Under the pieces are notes generated by a model, which did not search any database, was not told the origin of the DNA, and saw only the letters and a list, made by a program, of their open reading frames with translations. From assembly GCA_010015805.1 (NCBI GenBank), contig ML978123.1, forward strand, positions 1,860,001-1,924,000: 64,000 nt of DNA, read 5' to 3'. This DNA is from Rhizodiscina lignyota (Eukaryota). The translations under genes were made by a program, and so were the position numbers. Of this stretch, positions 48,958-61,421 are shown piece after piece (within the stretch, counting starts at the first letter, position 1; each line of letters opens with the position of its first letter).

Positions 48958-49442
48958 TTTCAGAGCCTTGGTCGGAGGTTTGAGAGAAAATCCGAAAGTT
49001 TGTGTGTGTGGATGAAGCTACCCTGGAGCTTTTAGAAGCTTTCATGTGGAAGAGCAAACGCGAGCGGGAGAGTGACGTTTGCCTCGCGGTTTGCCCCCGC
49101 GCCTGCCATTTGGAAGCTGCCCCTCGTGCGAACCCCTGTCTTGCCACGCTCAAGCCACGATAGCGGCACCGGAGTTTTGGTGGCTGTGTTCCTAGAAGTT
49201 GAACATGCGTTGGGCACGAGTAGGCATGGGCAGTGTTTGCTCTGCAACAGATGCGAGAGAGTCTTTGAAAGCTTGATGGAATATGCTTTGGACAGTTTTT
49301 ATCGAACTTGCACAGGTTCAACACGCATATTTGAATTGACGGAAATGGATACGCATATTGGCAGCTTCAATTAATTTCGGTGCTTAAGGGTTAAGACTTC
49401 TATCCGTGCCAGCTTTAAAGCATGCTCGAGGACTGATGATAC

Positions 49443-52400
49443 CTATCTCCTGGTATTACTTGACCAGCTGATCCACTCGATGAACATTGCCGTCTGGACC
49501 TTCGAGTCTTTGCTCCTGTGCCATTGCTTCTGCGTGTTGCCATATATATCTGCAACACGATCATAGTTATCTTCATCCAGAGCCACAAGCACTTTCGCAA
49601 CGAAAAGACTGGCACGGCTGCAAGCACTGCCGTACATTTTCGCCGGGTATCTGCCCGCGCTATCATGAATCCCTTCCAGCAGTGCCCAAGCTGCCTCCAT
49701 ATCAGTTGGCACGGGAAGGTCCTTGCCCTTGCAACTGTCGAAGTAAGTCTTGAGGATCTTGAATGCTTTCTCAGCAAGCTGTTGGCTTGATGACGATCCT
49801 ATTAGATCCAACAGCGGCAGGATGAGGCCCAAGGCAAGTGGATTTGCGTGCTCTTTCTTCGTATAGATGGCGACCAGGTCGAGGGCTCGGTTCTTGAAGT
49901 TGATCATGCGTTCCTTCGCTTCTTTGCGGTCCTGTTTTTTACTGGTTGCGTCCCTTCTCTCCTTGAATATCTTTGCCAAGGCAGGCTCCAGTGCCATCAT
50001 TTGGTCGTCATCCATATCTTCGTCATCGGATTCGGAGTCGGCATCAGCCTGTTCGCCAGGCATCATCGTACCAAGAGTCTTCGCAAGAACAGCATCAAGC
50101 TTGAGCAACTCTTCCTCGTCTACCCCATCGTCTCCCATTTCTACGTCGCTGAGGTCGCTGTCGTTAACCGAGCTCCCATCAACCTCCGACCGGCTTTCAC
50201 CATTTTGCTCACCATGCCCATGATGTTCTTTCGAAACTTCTGCGTCTTCTGCGGCTGCTTCTCCTAGGTCTTCAGGGCCATCGACCACTTCAACATCGGA
50301 CATGTCCGAGGAGTCAGGTGACGATTCTTGGTTGCCAAGGCCATCAGCATTATCATCAAACAATTGCTGTTGGCCAGCCAGCGACTCTGGCTTCTCAAGT
50401 ATCTCAATCAATGATTGGAGACACTCTTCATGAAGGTGAGGCGCAAGCGATTCAAACACCGTTTCCGAAATCTTCCGAAGCAGTGCCGATTGCTTTGAAA
50501 GATAGCCGAGTAAGACTTCGACAAGTAGGAGAAACTCTTGAGAGTTGTCACCGCCCTCATTCTTCGATAACTTCGACCAACACTGACGAAGATCACTGAG
50601 TAACGAAGGAGCTTCTTCCTCTCTCTCCAGAACTTGTTTGATGGTAAGGGACAACAGTAGCTCGAAGGACTGTAAAACCTCTCTTCGCTGTCCCTTGCTT
50701 CGAGCTGACTCTTTCCGAATCTGCTTCAGGTTGCCAAAAGCTTCCCTTAGATCGTCCTCCAAATCACTGTCAACCTCAAAGCAGAGAGGTGACTTTTCAA
50801 TCCCCTTAGGTTCGACGTCAGTTAAGGCCTCTCCACGCTTGTGAGTCTTCTGGAGATTCAACTCGCAATTTTCCCAGACAGAGGTTATAACGAACCAAAC
50901 GCATAAGTTCATCGCCGTCGGATTAGAGGTCATAATCTTGTTCATACAACCGTTGAGACGAGTTTTGATCATCACTCGAGTTGCATCTGTGAAAGGTGGC
51001 TCAGGAATATCCTCTTCATTAGCATCATCCCTGGGGCTGAGGAAAGCGGCTCTGGCGAGTGTCGCAAGAACGAACATGACCCAACCTTGTAACTGATTTT
51101 GCTCAGTTAGATAGTTGGTATGGTTTCGGATGAGTGCGACGAATTTATCCGCAACATGCTGTCGATAAGTTTCGACAAATTCAATATTGACCTGCAGGTC
51201 TGGTCGAGAGAGGCGCTTAAAGAACATTTCGGACACTGTTATGAGAGAATCTTCGCTTGTTAATGATATGATGTCTTCGACTATCCTCGATTTTGTCCGC
51301 TGGTCAAAGTTCGGCGACTCCCACTCAAAGAGTAACCTCTGGAGAAAAAATGGCGCTGTAGAGGGATCCGCTTTGACACGACTCTTTATCGCTTCCAAGG
51401 GTCTCTCGGCAGCCACGTGAAGAAGACGCTCTGTGTCCGCCCTTTGATTTAGCAATGTTTGCATGAAGTTACGCCCAAGGATGTATTCAAGAGCCCAATC
51501 CGGAACTTTGGGAATGATGTGAGAGACAATTTGAAATCCCCATGACTTTCTCTCCGTAGTTGTGGCATCGCCGAAGAGGTTGTCGTCGATAAGCTTAATA
51601 CAGAATTCACTGAAATCGGTTCGTGCGGGACTACGACTTGGTGGCTTCGGAATACCTAAAAGCTCCTCGATGTCTGCATTTGCCTCAGGTGGACTGACTT
51701 CTGGATCCTCGGGCCCTTCGGTGACCATTTTATCGCCTGTCTCAAGTCGTTTAAGGTATGCCATTATGACAACGTCCCAAGCAAACGAAGCCTTCGGCTG
51801 TGAGCTCCCACCCTTAACTGTGCCATCTGCTGAATTGTATTTCGCAATTTTTGCGAGTGTCGACCAATTCTTCCGATGCAGCGGATCCCGCCCATACCAA
51901 GCACTCCCAGGGTAGTCTGTCCAGGCCATGTTTGTCCTGTCTTGTAATGCGAGCCAGATAGCAATAGCCTCTGGACAATTGATACGGTTATGCTTGTCAA
52001 GGCTCTCGAGGATAAGTGCTCCGATCTTCGAAGAATTCTCGTCGGCAGCCAGAGTACAGGCAGTGTCGTAGAGCACCTTGAGGCATGCCTCGCGAATCCA
52101 ATCCTTGTCACGTGCAATTTTGCAGAGCAGATCTAGAACTTTGGTCCACTCTTTGACTGCAATGCGTGGTCGCACCAGAATCGAAGATTCGATTATAGCG
52201 GAACATCCTGCGACGCGCCCAAGTATGTAATCTCTCTTCTCCTGCAATGCGATCAGGAACATGGATACAATCATTATAGAATCAACTTGAAATGTCTTAC
52301 CTGGCCAGATACTTTGCCTTCCGGCTGCGTTAATTCAGTGCCGAGTTTGATAATGTCTTTGATCGTGAGGGGAAAGCTCGCTATGCCTGGATCCACATAG

Positions 52401-52696
52401 ATATGTCGTAATAATTCCGTGAGGGCAGTGAAAAAGCCAGCCCGCGCAGCTTTTCGGCCGCTGCAAAGTCCTCTGATAAGTCGTCCAAGCGCCTTTTGGA
52501 TGTCTTCAGCACTCGATGTGGGCGGTTGAAGTTGCTGAAGCAGTGATTTTGCAGCTTGGATTCGAACCACGTTCACTTCGTCCGCGAGGTTGTCATAGAT
52601 TTTGGCAAGAACTTTGTCCTGCTCTGAAAAATCACGGCGTTTGCTGGGGCGCTCTGGAAGAGACTCGACAAGCGTATGACGTCTCTTTCGGCCCAT
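49443..52696 (-). CDS. POL5: Pol5 / MYBBP1A nucleolar ribosome-biogenesis protein (DNA polymerase phi family)
   Basis: RLIRGLCSGRKAARAGF, NFDQRTKSRIV, DMDDDQMMALEPALAKIFKER, NFKNRALDL; intron 52300-52242. Confidence 0.9.
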
Positions 52697-52878
52697 CGTG
52701 GATTGTTGTACATAGATGGATTGACAGTGTTTATTCCGTATAAAAAAGTCAAGACCGACTTTTTTCGAAGGTTGCAACGACCGGAACTGGGTTGTTCCTT
52801 CCCGACCTCGGCGTCCAATGATATTTCCAGTTTTTGGCTGGAAATATGTTAATCCGGTGCCGAGCCTCCCAGCCATGT

Positions 52879-52905
52879 CACGTGCTCCGCGCAGGCAGCG
52901 ATGAG
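52879..52905. promoter_or_regulatory. E-box CACGTG and PAC-like GCGATGAG upstream of POL5
   Basis: CACGTG 52879-52884 and GCGATGAG 52898-52905, ~200 bp upstream of the ATG. Confidence 0.45.
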
Positions 52906-55325
52906 CCAAACAATGAAGAATCACAGCCAAAAAAGAAAATAAAACAACACGTATTTTCTTAAAGGAAAAATACTGTCTAGATGCTGAAAAAAGGGGGAAT
53001 TAGAAATTAAAAGTACAAAACCCAACTGGCTCCCCAAATCGAAGACTCGGGGAGACAGTAAGGAAAACCAGACTGACTGAGTTTATTAGGAAGGGCGGGG
53101 GCCCTTTGCAGTTATGTCACTAGTTATTCAGTGCATGTCGAAAAACCACATTAGACCTAAAACTTAAATTCAATATAAATGTTCAGAATTTCCAAGCTGT
53201 TGACCTTAGTGTCAAGAGGTGCCCAGAACGTCCTAGCGCGTGAGCTCTCACTTCAATCAATGCACGAGAGTAATTTCAGGAGCGTGTTAACTCTTCGATC
53301 CAAGAAGGGCCTAGGGACCTCCTTCCTGCATCCAGTTCAGATGTGCGCAGTAACGATGTGTGGCCACTGGGCCGACACAATACCGGAAGGGACTCTGACC
53401 GCGAAAATAACCACTTCAACTTAAATACGGCAGATATTATCACGAATATGAAGATAGTAGGAGTCCGCGATAGAAGCTGATCTACTGCTGCAATCACACT
53501 CTTTGTCACAAATACTGGCTAAAATACTGTAGTAAAGCCAAAATTCTTCTCGCGCGTTTCATCACAAAGAAATTGACGCGCTATCACGTGCAAGACCAGG
53601 ATGCCTTCATACTGCAGCCCTGGCAGGTAGACTTGGGTGCCATGGAGACTCGAATCAGGCATTCAGAGAAATATCACAGATGATGTGGATGTCCATGAGC
53701 TGACTTGGGCAAATGAGGTTAAATATAGTCCCAGTTTTGTTCGGTTAACTCATTTCTCGCATGTAATCTTCTGCATCGCAATCCTCTACCCTGCCTTTCA
53801 TATTGACTCCGCAATGGCACCATCCTCAACAGTGTGCCTCATACGTCCATCCAAGGGCAGCTGGCCAAAAGACTACCATTGATTTTTGCTCCCACATCGT
53901 GCTCGTATTGGCTCAGCGGTACAAGAGTATCAGCGGCTGTCAAATAGTAGAGAATCTTTGCTAAAACCGAGTGACGGATTGGAAATGGAAAGAAGACCGC
54001 CGAATCGTGGCTACTTGTGAGAGCCCACTAACTCGGGCCGTACTCTACCCAGCGATGAGAATTCTTTGGTGGACATAGACAGGCAAGCTCAACCTGGCAG
54101 ATGGAACAGAAGAGTAGTAACAAGACGCCAGTGCAATCACAGGCTCCCCCAAAGGCATTGTAAGCTTAACCAGACCCACTGTCCGAGATCAATGGATTCA
54201 GAATATACCCCGGTGGTGCCGCGGAGGCCAAAGTATTGGATACCTTGGTAGAACTACTCGGTTGTTTGTCGATCTCCCGAACATTTCTACCGCGAAAGAG
54301 CATTCAATTGCTCCCAACGTCTGCTTCTAGCTCAGCCGGTAAGCTCAACATTCACGCCTGCAGGTCTTTGTAGGCCATACAAGTCTGATGGGTACTTCGC
54401 CCATTGACGGCTGCGGAGACAAATCCGGTGCCAACAATGGTCGCACGTGAGCCTAAGGAGGTTCCAATGGCAGGTCCGAAATCGGCCAAGCCCTGAAAAA
54501 GTTACGAAATCAATATGCAGGTGAGTTCAAGAATAACATAAATAGGAATACGCAAGAGAAAAGGCCTTATCTGTGAGGCTGAAAAGCGAAATCCGCTCCT
54601 GAAAGGCATGCTATACAAAAATGCTTAAAGGAGTTGGAACCTGTGAAGTCCTGAGAGACACGCGACACGAAAAACCTCAAGAAAAGCAACCCCAGATTTG
54701 CTCCCCCGCAAAACATCAGTGCACAGTTCCGTGAAAACATTTTTCATGCAGGGTGTGCGGGTAGGCCCCAGGGTTAAAATGACGCACGTGGGAAGTCAAC
54801 CTCTGTCAGGCGTTAGGTGAAGAATTTGCAAAGACACTGACCAATGTCCCTCAGAAAATATTGTCAATTCCATGAGGTTTGACGTGGGACATCTGGCAGT
54901 GCGGCGCATGGCGTAAGCCACCGGATGCACGACAAAGAAGCCGGCGCAGGGTTGTCGCAGCGCAATTGTCCAATGAGCTTGCCGAGTCATGTGGCAGTTG
55001 ACGAGCTGAACGAAAACCTTTCCCCCTTAATGGTGGTCTGAGGTCTCGCGAGAAAGAGGTCGATTGGAGGCCATCCGTGGGATACGGCTGTAGGGCTTGA
55101 CACTTGTAGAAATAAGAAAGATTTGCAGTGAGATCCGTGCGACGTTCCAATCCCGCACGCGGCGGCTCCATGCAATAGCTTGAGCCTTGAGCAGCACGAA
55201 ACGTGCCAGAACTCCGTACGATGGAGGTCAAATGTAATTCTGCAACATTGGGTTCTCTTTCATGCTGACCACCTTGGAGGACAGCGGGCACCATTTTGAA
55301 GCGGGCAGTGACAGTTGTATGACGA

Positions 55326-56142
55326 TTATCGGTCCAGGGTTGTTATCCGCCTAAATCTAGTGAATGCTGGGCTTTGGCGATGCTCTTGAAAGTTCGATCT
55401 CGAGCTGTTGCACCGTTGAACGACACCCGGTCCATCTCAGATAATGTCGACTCCTCTTATCTTTCTAATAGGACGTCCAATGAAGCACTGTCGAGCTCCC
55501 TTGGCGAGCTCCCTTGGCGGTCCGATCGCCAGTGACAATGGTGTTCCTCGCCGCGGAACCCAAGGAAGAGCTACGTCCATTGCGGAAAGGCAGCGCATGA
55601 CGTTGGCCCAATTAAGCCTAACTTTGCCTGTAAACGGCCGTCTTTTTTGCGTAAGGCGCTGATGAAACAGAAACTCCCAGAGATAAGGCTCTTGGTATCC
55701 TGTCCATCCCGTGCCAAGTGAAATGCGTCGCGGTCTTGGGAATAGGGCAGTTGACTTGAATGAAAGAAAAAACCGCGAAAATGAGCATAGTATGCACAAT
55801 ACCGTCTATGAAGTCATTTACAGGGTTGAAAGACGCAAATCCTGGGGAAAACAGATAGAAAGATAGCGATTGTGAAGAATGCCATTCTTATCAGTGGATG
55901 AGATTCTGTATGTGCCGGGGGCCAATCATAATTTTCCGCACTGATCGCCTCCTCCGGCACCTAAAGAGAATTCAGTACTCGATGCTGATGAGCCTAAAAA
56001 TCAGCTAGCCCGCACAAGCTCGGCCAGATCTGTCAGCTATGAGGTCAAACATACACGCCACGCCCCACGCTGCCGTTGCATGCACTCCGGGTTGAGGGAT
56101 GGCCCCAGCACTCAGGCGAATCGATGCCGAGCAAGGAGATAA
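55326..56142. promoter_or_regulatory. GATA-site cluster (AreA/NIT2 type) upstream of the ammonium transporter
   Basis: GATAA/GATAG/TTATC at about 55326, 55343, 55440, 55457, 55682, 55854, 55862, 55888 and 56138. Confidence 0.55.
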
Positions 56143-56379
56143 CAGTGGAGGCTCTTGTTGGCTGTCCGCTTGTTGACACTGACGTTTTAATCATGTAGCT
56201 TCCTCTAGTTCCCGGGCCATGCTCCCTCTGGAGAAGTAGAAAAGTTCTACGACTCTTCTCCGTCTTCTCGTCCCCACTCGCCTCTTTCTCACAAAGAAGC
56301 TCTAGGGGAATTGGTTTTCCTTTCAAGCCCCTTCACCACATACCAGTCTGCTAGCGACTGGTGGAAATCTTCGACAGCC

Positions 56380-58096
56380 ATGTCGTACTCCTGGGTTGGG
56401 CCTCCAGCTTCCTTCAATGGCACGAATGCAGCGGAGGGTGGTGACTCGAGTAAGTGGCTATCCCCAAAACTTCAATTGCAAAGGTTGCGCGAGAGCAGAT
56501 TTCGGCAGACGATGATGAACCGGAGCTGACTGTTATATGATAGACACCGAGAACTTGAACCAATGGTTCCAATCCGGCGACCAGGCGTACATCATTATTG
56601 CATCTGCAATGGTGCTGCTGATGGTACCCGGCCTGGGCTTCCTCTACTCCGGTCTCGCGCGCAGAAAGTCGGCCCTGTCTATGATCTGGGCATGTATGGC
56701 ATCTTGTTCGGTCATCACCTTCCAGTGGTACTTCTGGGGATACTCTTTGGCCTTTAGCCAGTATGCGACGAATGGCTTCATTGGAGATTTGCAAAAGTTC
56801 GGCCTCATGAAGACGCTGGGTGCTCCTAGCCCTGGCAGTCCGCTCATCCCCGACCTCTTGTACGCCTTTTACCAGATGCAGTTCTGCGCCGTCACCGCCG
56901 CCATTGTTGTCGGTGCCTGCGCCGAGCGTGGTCGATTGATACCGATGATGGTGTTCATCTTCGTTTGGGCTACCATTGTGTATTGCCCTATGGCCTGCTG
57001 GCCATGGAACATCAATGGCTGGGCTTTCAAATGGGGCGTTCTGGACTACGCTGGCGGCGGGCCTGTCGAAATTGGATCGGGCCTGAGCGCTCTCGCATAC
57101 TCTTGGGTCCTCGGAAGGCGTCAGGAGAAGATGATGCTCAACTTCCGGCCGCACAACGTTTCGCTCATCACACTTGGCACAATTCTGCTGTGGTTCGGAT
57201 GGTTGGGCTTCAACGGTGGTTCTGCCTTTGGTGCAAACCTTCGTGCGACAATGGCCTGCTGGAATTCCAACTTGACGGCAATGTTCGGCGCTATTAGCTG
57301 GGTACTTCTCGACTGGAGATTGGCTAGAAAGTGGTCCATGGTTGGCTGGTGCTCTGGTGCTATTTCTGGTCTTGTCGCAGCCACTCCAGCGTCTGGTTTT
57401 ATTACTCCTTGGGGGAGCGTTGTCTTGGGCATTGTCACTGGAATCGTGTGCAACTTCTCCACCAAAGGTAATTTCCATTCGCCCCATTTGATCATAAGGA
57501 ATGTCTCTAATAGTAGCTTTCTAGTCAAGTACTGGATTAGAATCGACGACGCTATGGACGTATTCGCTGAGCACGGCGTTGCTGGCATGCTCGGTCTCCT
57601 CGCGAACGGCATCTTCGGAGCCGCATACATTATCGGACTCGACGGCGTTAACACGGGCCTCTTCCCGGGCGGCTGGATTGAGCACAACTACAAGCAGCTC
57701 TATATGCAGTTCGCGTACATTTGCGCCGGCACCGGATACGCTTTCGTCATGAGCGCTCTCATTGCCTTTGTTATCGACAAGATCCCCGGTCTCCACCTAC
57801 GCGCATCTGAAGAAGCTGAGCTCCTTGGTATGGATGATGATCAGCTCGGTGAATTTGCGTACGACTATGTCGAGGTCCGTCGCGATTATCTTGCATGGAC
57901 ACCAGCAAAGGGCGAGATGCCTGAAGAGGGTCATAATATACCTCAGGGCGAGCGCCACGGCATTCCACAACACTCCCAGATGCTCGAGGGCAAGGAGCCA
58001 AGTGAGACCAGTGGGACAGAACACACCGGTATTGCGGGTGATCGCCATGCCGTGGCGGCCGAAGAAAAGCGTGACCCTGGCCATTCTGCTGTGTAA
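56380..58096 (+). CDS. Ammonium transporter, MeaA/Mep1-type
   Basis: LDYAGGGPVE (Glu at the first twin-His position), WFGWLGFNGGS, DDAMDVFAEHG, LGMDDDQLGEFAY; introns ~56450-56542 and 57468-57524. Confidence 0.96.
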
Positions 58097-58607
58097 TTGG
58101 AGGTTCCTGATGATATGCCGATGATATCGAGATCCTTTCTACAAGTGACTGGAAGCCGGGAGATTTGTCTGTTTTGGAGCGATTTGTTTTCAATATACCG
58201 TGTGAAGGCGCCCCTTTATATATATAGCCGCACTCATATCCCTTTTGGTTGTAATATATATTGCCTCCAGAGCGGAGTGAATATGAAAAGAAAGATACCC
58301 CACTTCTTATTACCCAACTTTCCGAAATAATTAAGAATTAGGAAATGCCGTCTACGTTCTCGTCCTGCAAAAACTCTCGACTACCGTGGATCGAGGGTGA
58401 GCAAATAACTGACCGCCGCGCAAGGTGTAACGCTCTCGGATTTCAAGGCAAGCGAGACTATCCCCGGAAGCTCAGCTGGACAAGCTACTCGCTAACACCT
58501 TCTCATATGAACTCACTAATGCGGAGCACCCTATTGGAAGTGATTAAAGTAACTGTAAGAGTAGCGCTGTAAACTGTTCGCTCGCTGGAAACTGGCTCAT
58601 TCATAGC

Positions 58608-60212
58608 TCAAAAATTACGCCAAGTGCGTCGCCACCAGGTATCTCGATTCCTCTCCATATCTGCGTGCTCGCTGGCCACAAACAACTGCTCAGCTTCGAG
58701 GTCTTTTCTCCTCCCAGCATCAAGATCAATTTCGTGAGCACGCCAAAATCTAGTCTTGAATACAAACTTGTAACCCAGGTATATGAGCGAAAACAGTGGC
58801 AACAGAATGTACGCATCAACGAACGTGCCCGCATCAAACGGACTCAACGTCGTCCAGCCCTGCACCAACGCCAGAAAGACGTTGGCAAACAAGCCAAAGT
58901 ACGCATTCCAGGGGTATGCGAATGATTTGAAGGGCAAGTCGCTCGGAGAGCGACCTTGTGCGGACCACGCCCGTCGGAATCGAATATGAATAAACGATAT
59001 TGCGCCCCAGACAAGAAAGGTCGAGACACCGCTCAAATTCACAATATAGGAATAAGCTTTGGCGGCACCAGTGCTGTTGTTCATCATCGATAATGCACCA
59101 AATAGGTTCGTGAACACGATGGCATACACTGGCACGCCGCGTCCGTTCGTTGCACCGAGAAATGCCGGAGCTTTGCCTTCCTGGGCCATGAAGAGCACTG
59201 TCCTGGAACCGATATAGATGGAACTGTTGATTGCAGACAGGCATGTTATGAAGATGAATGCGTTGATGAGATGGACACCGCCATGCCAACCAGCGTTCTG
59301 AATGGCAATAGTCATTGGACTCTGCAACGCACGGCCCCCGCCATTGACTAGACTGTCTGAGTTGGATGGGCAAGTGAGCCCAAAGAAGAATGCTGAGCCC
59401 ATGTAAACGAAGATGATGCGCCAGAGGACCTGTCGTATTGCAAGCGGCACGGCTTTGCCTGGATTCTTCGTCTCTGTCGCAGCCACTGCTACTGACTCGA
59501 CACCGGCATAAAACGTCGAACAAAAGACGAAGACCGTTGCAACGCCTCGGAATCCAGAGACCCAAGGGCCCGGGTTGTGCCAGTACTGAAAGCCTAGAGC
59601 ATGCTTCTGTCCAATGAGGCCGCCAGATGCGTAGATGATTGCGAAGATGAAGTAAGCGCATAGACCGCCGAGCTTGATCAATGCCAGCCAGAACTCTGCT
59701 TCGCCGAAAGTTTCAACGCCCAGCAGCTGAAAACCTAGGAAGAAGAACCAGAAGATCAGAAAGTAGCCCCATAATGGCACCTTGTCGCTCCAGAAGACAA
59801 AGATACTGGATATGACGTTGTATTCGTTCGCCAATACGGCCGCCCAGATGAACCAGTAGTTCCACCCCACAGCGCAACTGAAGGCCTTGTCGACGAAGCG
59901 ATCTGCGAGATGTGTGAATGCACCTCCGGTTGGATACAGCGTCGTCAGTTCGCCGAGCGACTGCATGATCGAGAAGGCAATGATTCCAATGACTCCAAAA
60001 CCGATGATTAGAGAAGCTGGTCCGCCGCTGGACAATGCTCCTCCAGATCCGACAAGCAATCCAGGTCCAATTATGCCTGCTAGCGCCATCATGCTCAGAT
60101 GTCTCGTTTTGAGGCCTCTTTTGACGCCGCTCTCAGGATCTATATGCTGAAAGTCGTCCTCATGGTTCAGGGCGTGCTCCGATGGCGGGTTTGAAATTTT
60201 CAAATCCGCCAT
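58608..60212 (-). CDS. Amino-acid permease (APC/YAT family), intronless
   Basis: LKTRHLSMMALAGIIGPGL, FGEAEFW, ETKNPGKAVP, 12 hydrophobic helices. Confidence 0.95.
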   Translation of the reverse strand: MADLKISNPPSEHALNHEDDFQHIDPESGVKRGLKTRHLSMMALAGIIGPGLLVGSGGALSSGGPASLIIGFGVIGIIAFSIMQSLGELTTLYPTGGAFTHLADRFVDKAFSCAVGWNYWFIWAAVLANEYNVISSIFVFWSDKVPLWGYFLIFWFFFLGFQLLGVETFGEAEFWLALIKLGGLCAYFIFAIIYASGGLIGQKHALGFQYWHNPGPWVSGFRGVATVFVFCSTFYAGVESVAVAATETKNPGKAVPLAIRQVLWRIIFVYMGSAFFFGLTCPSNSDSLVNGGGRALQSPMTIAIQNAGWHGGVHLINAFIFITCLSAINSSIYIGSRTVLFMAQEGKAPAFLGATNGRGVPVYAIVFTNLFGALSMMNNSTGAAKAYSYIVNLSGVSTFLVWGAISFIHIRFRRAWSAQGRSPSDLPFKSFAYPWNAYFGLFANVFLALVQGWTTLSPFDAGTFVDAYILLPLFSLIYLGYKFVFKTRFWRAHEIDLDAGRRKDLEAEQLFVASEHADMERNRDTWWRRTWRNF

Positions 60213-60756
60213 GTTGAGCAGCACTTCCTCTTTCTCGAATGCTTGAAAATGGAGAGAGGAAATGTTCGCTCAGTAGAAGAAGAATAGAATAAATACTGCA
60301 TCGTAGAGGACAAATGAAATATTATATGTACGTAAATCAAACCGTTTTCTTTCGTGGACCTCTCGCGTACTCAATCACACCATCGCACCAAGGATAAGCG
60401 CAATGCGCTAGTCTCAACGGACCGCCGTCTGTGTGGATGCAAAACTCCATCGCATGTCTTCTTTTGCGATGAATGAGATCCTCATTCGATACTCATGTTC
60501 AGCTGAGCATTAGACGGGAAGAGATGCTGGATGTGGGGTTCTCGTGGTCTTGGGAAGAAGAGCGGGAGAGGGCTTGACGAACGCGAGGGACGCTGGCGGA
60601 CGCTTCAGCGCACGCGACCCAAGAGCATCCGATATTCAACGCAAGCATGGCAGGTACATGGAAAAGTGCAATTGAGATGGTTCATCAATCACAGTGTCAT
60701 CGCGAGCAAATGGAGAGAGCGCGGTATATAGGTAATAAAATTCCGGCTTATGACGC

Positions 60757-61015
60757 ACGCGTTCACTCCCAACCCCGTTGTCGCGCTTAACGTGACGTGC
60801 ATCCAGTGCTTCGCGTCGCTCATTGGCTGAGTGCGGAGCATACTGCCACTGCGGATTTTGGCAAAAGACACGCTCGGATGTGCCAGGTCGTGGGGTAATT
60901 CTGAGGCATCTGGGCACGGGGAAATGTGCGTTCAAATACGCGTGGTGGTGATGATAGAGCGTGTGAAGTTGCAAGGCATTCAGGATGAGGCCTGATACTC
61001 GCAAAAACGCGAAAA
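60757..61015. promoter_or_regulatory. MCB/SCB-like elements upstream of TOS4
   Basis: ACGCGT 60757-60762, ACGCGT 60938-60943, ACGCGAAAA 61007-61015. Confidence 0.6.
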
Positions 61016-61421
61016 GATATCGCGAGCTGCGTTCAAAATTTGAGTATCAGGTGTGGCAGCTGCGGGACCAAGGAACGGGCGTGTGAAGTGCCTGCCCCTC
61101 GGATGCACTGCTAGCGCGAAGTGGGAGCTCGGTGGTAGGCACGCTCCAGCGCGTCGACCCAAAACTTAGCATTCCTCGACCACGACCTTCTCTGAAACTC
61201 TCCACTCTCCACCCGGTCACAACTTCGAGGCCTCCTTCAATTGACGTCCGCTGTCCTGTGCACCGCATTCCCAACACGGAAATGTAAGTAATTCCTGCTC
61301 CTTCGCGTGAAGTCGCTCGCTCTGTATTTTGAGTTTCGCTAACAGCTGCGCGCTCAGCATTCAAGTTTGAGGCAGAGTGAAAGCCCTCAAGAAAAGACGT
61401 GTATCGCGCGCTCCAGGCGAC

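Noticed and set aside
54328..54430. tRNA A-box-like TAGCTCAGCCGGTA (similar motif near 53910)
   Set aside because: No GTTCRA B box, acceptor stem or cloverleaf follows.
56414..57487. Long antisense ORFs (this 357-aa one; also 157-981, 46781-47599, 58834-59661 in another frame)
   Set aside because: Shadows of codon-biased real genes, with no motifs of their own.
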